Assembly (NCBI GenBank): GCA_942491955.1
Contig: CALOCV010000030.1
Location: 8,473-72,472, forward strand
DNA: 64,000 nucleotides
Direction: 5' to 3'
Source of the DNA: Parachlamydiales bacterium
Lineage (GTDB): Bacteria > Chlamydiota > Chlamydiia > Chlamydiales > CALOCV01
How positions within the stretch are numbered: position 1 is the first letter of the stretch; each line of letters opens with the position of its first letter. Under the pieces are notes generated by a model. The model did no database searches, was not told the DNA's origin, and saw only the letters and a list, made by a program, of their open reading frames with translations. Shown one piece after another: positions 58,988-64,000 of this stretch. The translations under genes and the position numbers were made by a program.

Positions 58988-60174
58988 TTATTTAATGATT
59001 TCTGAAACTGTTCCTGCACCAATCGTTCTTCCACCTTCACGGATAGCAAAACGCATCCCTTTTTCAAGAGCTACAGGGGCAATAAGCTCTGCAGTGATTT
59101 CAACGTTATCGCCTGGCATTACCATTTCGCGACCTGCTTCAAGGTGAATTTCACCTGTTACATCAAGTGTGCGGATGTAGAATTGAGGACGATATTTATT
59201 ATGGAATGGAGTGTGACGTCCACCTTCTTCTTTTTTCAAGATGTAAACAGGCCCTTTAAATTCGGTATGCGGTGTGCATGTTCCAGGAGCTGCAAGAACC
59301 ATTCCACGCTGAACATCTTCTTTTGCAATTCCGCGAAGAAGAACACCTACGTTTTCTCCTGCACGAGCTTCATCAAGAAGTTTGTTGAACATTTCGATAC
59401 CGGTAGCAACTGTGTCTCTAGTTTCACCTAGTCCAACAAGTTGAACTTTGTCGTTAATCTTTAGAACTCCACGCTCAATACGACCAGTTGTAACTGTTCC
59501 TCTTCCAGAGATAGAGAAAACGTCTTCGATCGGCATTAGGAAAGGCTTATCAACTTCACGATCTGGAGTTGGGATTTTCTCATCAACAGCTTTCATTAGC
59601 TCTTCAATTGCTTCTTCGTATTTCTCATCACCTTCAAGAGCTTTAAGAGCTGAACCTCTAATAATTTGACAGTCTTTGTATCCTTTTGCTTCAAGAAGTT
59701 CCTGAAGTTCCATTTCTACAAGATCGAGTAAGTTCTTGATCACCTTCACCAAGCATGTCAACTTTGTTTAAGAATACGACAATTGTAGGAACTTGCATCT
59801 GGTGAGCTAGCAAGAATGTGCTCGCGTGTTTGAGGCATCGCTCCATCTGTTGCAGCAACAACTAGAATGGCTCCATCCATTTGGGCAGCACCTGTAATCA
59901 TGTTTTTAACATAGTCGGCGTGTCCAGGACAGTCAACGTGTGCATAGTGACGATTTTCTGTTTCGTATTCTACGTGACTTGAGTTAATGGTAATACCACG
60001 TGCTTTTTCTTCAGGAGTATTATCAATCTCCGCGAAAGAACGAGCTTTACCACCCGATTTTTTTGCCAACACATTTGTGATAGCAGCAGTTAGTGTTGTT
60101 TTACCGTGGTCAACGTGACCAATGGTTCCGATATTGACGTGCGGCTTTTTGCGTTGAAATTGTTCTTTAGCCAT
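58988..60174 (-). pseudogene. tuf: Elongation factor Tu, reading frame broken twice
   Basis: ORF 59758..60174 carries the G domain ([18 protein letters not shown]) and ORF 58988..59761 carries domains II/III. The intervening [27 protein letters not shown] reads only in the third frame. Confidence 0.85.
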
Positions 60175-60223
60175 TTATATCCTCCGTTGGACTTAAGCTA
60201 TTGTTTTACAAAAATTTTCTTTC

Positions 60224-60280
60224 TGCCCAGAATAGGAATCGAACCTACGACCGCTTGCTTACCATGCAAGTGCTCTACCA
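60224..60280 (-). tRNA. tRNA-Thr (anticodon GGU), 3' ~57 nt only; 5' acceptor and D-stem strand missing
   Basis: On the minus strand: ttggtagagcacttgcatGGTaagcaagcggtcgtaggttcgattcctattctgggca. The sequence upstream (gccttttttagtcgttatt) cannot pair with the acceptor 3' strand tctgggc or the D stem gagc. Confidence 0.7.
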
Positions 60281-60645
60281 AAATAACGACTAAAAAAGGC
60301 TTGAAAAAGGAAAAGAAAATAGACTTTCCGAGGAATATTTCCAGTCCATTTTCCAATGATAGCAGTATAGCGAGGGTCTTCAACAGAAAACTGAAACCGC
60401 TTTAGCAAATGAAAAAATAGTCTCCCGGCCCACAAAACAACCATGACTAAAAGAAGAATTTTTCGGGAAAATTTCCCATTAAAGAGAAAAAAATACGTCA
60501 ATGCGACCCAAATAAATCCCAAGGCATAGCCCAAATCGACAATGCCTGCATTTCCTTTGTAATAGTAAATGACCCAAAGTAAGGACATCCAAGAAGCGAC
60601 AATCAAAAAGGCGAGTAAAAAAATTCCTATAGAGTAAAATATCAT
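60259..60645 (-). pseudogene. DUF1295-like (steroid 5-alpha-reductase-like) membrane protein, N-terminal ~110 aa only
   Basis: ..VDLGYALGFIW...LWAGRLFFHLLKRF..EDPRY.. resembles the N-terminal half of DUF1295 proteins. The ORF runs out into the tRNA-Thr remnant. Confidence 0.45.
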
Positions 60646-60676
60646 TTCATTCTTGTCTTTTTGCTAAATTTTTTGT

Positions 60677-61150
60677 ATGCTTGCCCACAGGAATCAAGTC
60701 ATAGAATTTGCCATGGTCGAAATACAAAAAGCAACCCTATTATCCAAAGAAGAGAAAATAAAAAAACATTTTTCCCTTTGCAAGACTCCTGAAGAGATGT
60801 ATCAAGCCTTGATTGCGCTTGGGAAAAAACTCCCCCCTTTTCCTCAAAAAAAGACTCCTGATCAACAGGTCACAGGATGCCAAAGCATCGTTTTTATTGG
60901 AAGTCATTATGAAAAAGGAGTGATCGATTTTTTTGGGGAATCCAACGCTCTCATCACGGCAGGCCTTGTCTACTTACTCGTCGACCTCTATTCAGGGGAA
61001 TCCCCTGAAACCATCATCCAACACTCCCCCTCTTTTCTAGAGACACTCGGTATTCCTAGTGCTTTAACGCCAAGCCGTGCCAATGGGTTGTACCAAATCC
61101 ACACCCATATGCAACGCGAAGCCCTCCGCCAATGCCTTCATTCACAATAA
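60677..61150 (+). CDS. SufE/CsdE-like sulfur acceptor protein
   Basis: ..VTGCQSIVFIGSHYEKGVIDFFGESNALITAGLVYLLVDLYSGESPETI.. is a SufE pattern including the Cys loop. Confidence 0.7.
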   Translation: MLAHRNQVIEFAMVEIQKATLLSKEEKIKKHFSLCKTPEEMYQALIALGKKLPPFPQKKTPDQQVTGCQSIVFIGSHYEKGVIDFFGESNALITAGLVYLLVDLYSGESPETIIQHSPSFLETLGIPSALTPSRANGLYQIHTHMQREALRQCLHSQ

Positions 61151-62380
61151 TCAAAAAGAGAACAAACCAGTCCTGAGTGAATCGCACACTCCAGTAACAA
61201 GGTAAACGTGAAAAAAAGAAAAAACAGCTATTAGCAGCGATTTTCCTCCGCCAACACGAAAAGATCCTTTGTATCCAAAGTGATAACGTCCCATCCAAAC
61301 CATCAAAATGGGAATCCAACCACTGAGAATCGAATCACCATACCCCCCCGAAGTATCAATGGCTATGAGAAAAATGCGTTCGAAATAGGTCGCAAAAAAG
61401 AGCGTCGGAAGAAAAATCAATAATCCCAACAATATTTTCCCCTTCCCCTCCTTTTTCACCGATAGGCCGTCCGCAAGGAAATCAAACAATCCAAGGCCAA
61501 TCCCTAAAAATGAAGTGACAATGGCAAAGAACGCAAAAAACTCGGCAACCAGAGCCATCCATGGTGCTGTATGAAGCGGAAATACCGTTGTTACCCTCTC
61601 CCCTCGCCGTAAAACATCTCCAAGCCCCCCTTCTCCATAAAAGGGGATCATCCCCAATACGACAAATAACCAAGTGAGATAAAAAATCAAAGCAATGGAG
61701 GTCCCTCCAACAATTGCCCAACCGATTTTTTTTCCATTTCGTTGCAAATAAGGAGGAAGACTAGGTGCCATGGTCTGATGGCTAAATGAGGTGAGAAAGA
61801 ATGGAATACTCAATAAAGAGGCCCCCCATTGATGGTGGGTGAGATATTTCCATTGAACAGCGCCAATACCTCCAAAAAATAAGAGCAAGTAAGAAACCAC
61901 CATCCCTATCATCAGAATGGCATTGACTCTTCCAATAAGACGCGCGCCCAAATCGATGACAAAACCAAAAAGGATCAGAAACGCAAAGGCTCCTACGCCT
62001 TTGGAAAATACAAAACCGTTTGCATGCGAGAGAACATCGGAAATAATCCCTCCTCCTTCCGCTGTATAAGCAATCAGAGAAGCGTAGCAAACAAATAGGT
62101 AGAGAATCCAACTGACGGATTCCCCCCCTCTTCCAAGAAGATTTCTAGAAAGTGATAGATAATGGGCGCCTGCAGGAAACCATAGGGTCGCCTCAATGAG
62201 ATAAAGACCTGTCAATGTCATCATTATCCAACAAAGGAAAATGATGGCAACGGATGGAAAAAATCCTCCTACCCCAGTTACATCGGGTAGGGCTAGCATG
62301 CCCCCTCCAATGCACGTTCCTGCAACTAACAACGCAGCAGAAAATACTGAGCCTCGATCTTGTTTTTGATCATTATTCAT
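61151..62380 (-). CDS. Aromatic amino acid permease (HAAAP family, TyrP/Mtr-like)
   Basis: N-terminal SAALLVAGTCIGGGMLALP and about 11 TM segments. Confidence 0.75.
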   Translation of the reverse strand: MNNDQKQDRGSVFSAALLVAGTCIGGGMLALPDVTGVGGFFPSVAIIFLCWIMMTLTGLYLIEATLWFPAGAHYLSLSRNLLGRGGESVSWILYLFVCYASLIAYTAEGGGIISDVLSHANGFVFSKGVGAFAFLILFGFVIDLGARLIGRVNAILMIGMVVSYLLLFFGGIGAVQWKYLTHHQWGASLLSIPFFLTSFSHQTMAPSLPPYLQRNGKKIGWAIVGGTSIALIFYLTWLFVVLGMIPFYGEGGLGDVLRRGERVTTVFPLHTAPWMALVAEFFAFFAIVTSFLGIGLGLFDFLADGLSVKKEGKGKILLGLLIFLPTLFFATYFERIFLIAIDTSGGYGDSILSGWIPILMVWMGRYHFGYKGSFRVGGGKSLLIAVFSFFHVYLVTGVCDSLRTGLFSF

Positions 62381-62432
62381 GGCGGAAAAAAATTTTATTG
62401 CATAGACTGTTTAAAAACAATCATTCCTTCTA

Positions 62433-63110
62433 ATGATTACGTGTAGCAACCTCTCTTTCGGCTATGATAGTCACCCTCTTTTTGAATCCCTAAATCTTTC
62501 CGTCCAACAAGGAGATTGCCCTTTTAGGTCGGTCGGGATCGGAAAAACGACCTTGTTTCGCCTTTTAACCGGTCTGCTACAACCAAGATGCGGCCATATC
62601 TCCCTAAACGGCAAATCGCCTCCTACAGCACAAGATTCTTTTGCTTATATGACGCAACAAGACCTTTTGTTACCCTGGAGAACATTATGGGAAAATCTTC
62701 GACTTCCCTTTGAACTCGGAGAAAAAAAGGAACAGGACAACGATTCTATCATTGATGATATCTTAAAAAAAATGGGGCTTTTTCCTTTTCGCTTTCACCT
62801 TCCCGCCCAACTTTCAGGAGGTATGCGTCAACGCGCCTCTTTAGCTCACGCCCTTATTCAAGAAAAAAAGATTCTCTTCCTGGATGAACCTTTTGGCCCC
62901 CTTGACGTTTCTACCCGTGAAGACATCTATGCTCTTCTACAAGAAGAGCGCAAGCGTACACAAAAAACGATTTTTTTTATTACGCACGACTTTCGAGATG
63001 CCCTTTTCCTTAGTGATCGCATTCTTCTTTTACAAAAAGGAAATATTTCTCACTCCTGGACATCCCGACCTGGTCTGGAAAACGAAATCCGTAATGCCAT
63101 AAAAACCTAA
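62433..63110 (+). CDS. ABC transporter ATP-binding protein (NitT/TauT-like) with scrambled Walker A region
   Basis: LSGGMRQRASLAHAL and ILFLDEPFGPLD are present. The P-loop region reads GDCPFRSVGIGKTT, whereas another frame gives EIALLGRSGS. Confidence 0.7.
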   Translation: MITCSNLSFGYDSHPLFESLNLSVQQGDCPFRSVGIGKTTLFRLLTGLLQPRCGHISLNGKSPPTAQDSFAYMTQQDLLLPWRTLWENLRLPFELGEKKEQDNDSIIDDILKKMGLFPFRFHLPAQLSGGMRQRASLAHALIQEKKILFLDEPFGPLDVSTREDIYALLQEERKRTQKTIFFITHDFRDALFLSDRILLLQKGNISHSWTSRPGLENEIRNAIKT

Positions 63111-63185
63111 TACGCGAGTTTTGGACCAAACTATGATCGCTTCTCTTCACATTAAATTTGTTAATTTATCGTGACAACCATCCCG

Positions 63186-64000
63186 TTATAACAAATGATG
63201 TTCTTCCATCCAAGAAGCATACTCTTGGCAAAGAGATTCAGAAAGATCTTGCTGCCAAGGCAAAGTGGATAAAGTCTTCTCCCAACAAACCCTTTCCCAT
63301 TCCAGTGTCTCTTTCGATTTATCGGGATTCTTCGCACAATAAATGGAAAAAGCCTCCTCAGGATGATCTCTAGAGTAATCAATGCTTTTTTGCATGGCTC
63401 GTTGAAAACCTTCAACACCCTCTTGCTGGTCTTCATGCACGACAAAAATCAACTCGTGATAGGAAGGAATTCCAAACTCTTGATGGGTAAAGTAGTCGAT
63501 AGAAAGACCGAGCTTTTCACATTGAGCCATTTCAAAATTCCAATACCCTCCATAAACCGCATCGACTTTTTTGGTCGCTAGTGCACCCACTAAATCAAAA
63601 CCCACATTAACAAAAAGACTGGGCTCTACCCCTTTCTCCTTCAACATATTTGCAATATAAGATACCCCATAGGCATCCACACAGTATCCCATCTTTTTTC
63701 CATTAAGATCTTCAGGATGTGAAATTCCAAGCTCTTTTCGGTAAAGAATAGCCCCAAGAGGTCGATCGATCAATATGCCGATAATCCGAATCGGAGCTCC
63801 ATTTTTCATCGCACGAAGAGTATGCGACATATACGTCACCGCAATATCCGCTTCTCCTGATAAAAGATGCGTCAATGTATTGCCAGGATCTGCCATCTTT
63901 CGAATATGGAGGTCTATTCCTTCTTCACAAAAAAATTTTTTTTCCAAACCGACATAGAGAGGAATGTGATTGGGATTCGGAAACCAATCGAGAACGACTC
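63186..64000 (-). CDS. NMT1/THI5-like ABC substrate-binding protein (5' end beyond window)
   Basis: The ORF continues in frame to the window edge (VVLDWFPNPNHIPLYVGLEKKFF...). The pattern matches NitT/TauT-type binding proteins. Confidence 0.65.
   Translation of the reverse strand, partial: VVLDWFPNPNHIPLYVGLEKKFFCEEGIDLHIRKMADPGNTLTHLLSGEADIAVTYMSHTLRAMKNGAPIRIIGILIDRPLGAILYRKELGISHPEDLNGKKMGYCVDAYGVSYIANMLKEKGVEPSLFVNVGFDLVGALATKKVDAVYGGYWNFEMAQCEKLGLSIDYFTHQEFGIPSYHELIFVVHEDQQEGVEGFQRAMQKSIDYSRDHPEEAFSIYCAKNPDKSKETLEWERVCWEKTLSTLPWQQDLSESLCQEYASWMEEHHLL

Noticed and set aside
58988-60174. Programmed recoding as the explanation for the two tuf frame changes.
   Set aside because: There are no slippery heptamers or stimulatory structures at either site, and both changes look like single-base insertions. 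Error or decay is more parsimonious.

Overview
This window looks like a chromosomal segment of a Chlamydiae-type bacterium, probably an environmental or amoeba-associated lineage. Three things point there: the conserved order tRNA-Thr, tuf, tRNA-Trp, secE, nusG, rplK, rplA, rplJ, rplL, rpoB, rpoC on the minus strand (47.3-60.3 kb); a CdsD-type type III secretion (T3SS) ring protein with two FHA domains; and LcrH/SycD-type chaperones. No database search was possible, so every product call rests on motifs read from the ORF translations.

Layout by position:
- 1-5.7 kb: a polymorphic-toxin locus. An orphan Rhs C-terminal toxin cassette sits inside a tandem array of at least 6 immunity-like paralogs, each preceded by a relic of the toxin 3' end. 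The last copy is split by an IS5-family composite insertion.
- 6-18 kb: a T3SS translocator-type operon with two TPR class-II chaperones, a CopB/YopB-like hydrophobic protein and several large orphan proteins.
- 18-33 kb: a visibly more AT-rich accessory block of large orphan proteins. It contains a RiPP-like cluster: a small peptide gene, a stand-alone LanM-type dehydratase domain with no cyclase, and an ABC exporter.
- 33-47 kb: a class-I chaperone plus CdsD, then tal, pssA, a LexA-like repressor lacking the catalytic Ser, a PAP2 phosphatase, rmuC, ankyrin and His-rich paralogs, and comM.
- 47-64 kb: the ribosomal protein/RNA polymerase cluster, then sufE-like, tyrP-like and ABC transporter genes.

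About a dozen frame disruptions occur across the window. Most are at A/T homopolymers and some come in nearby pairs that together restore the reading frame, and they affect even tuf and secE. They could be assembly error, real decay or polymerase slippage, so every pseudogene call here is provisional.
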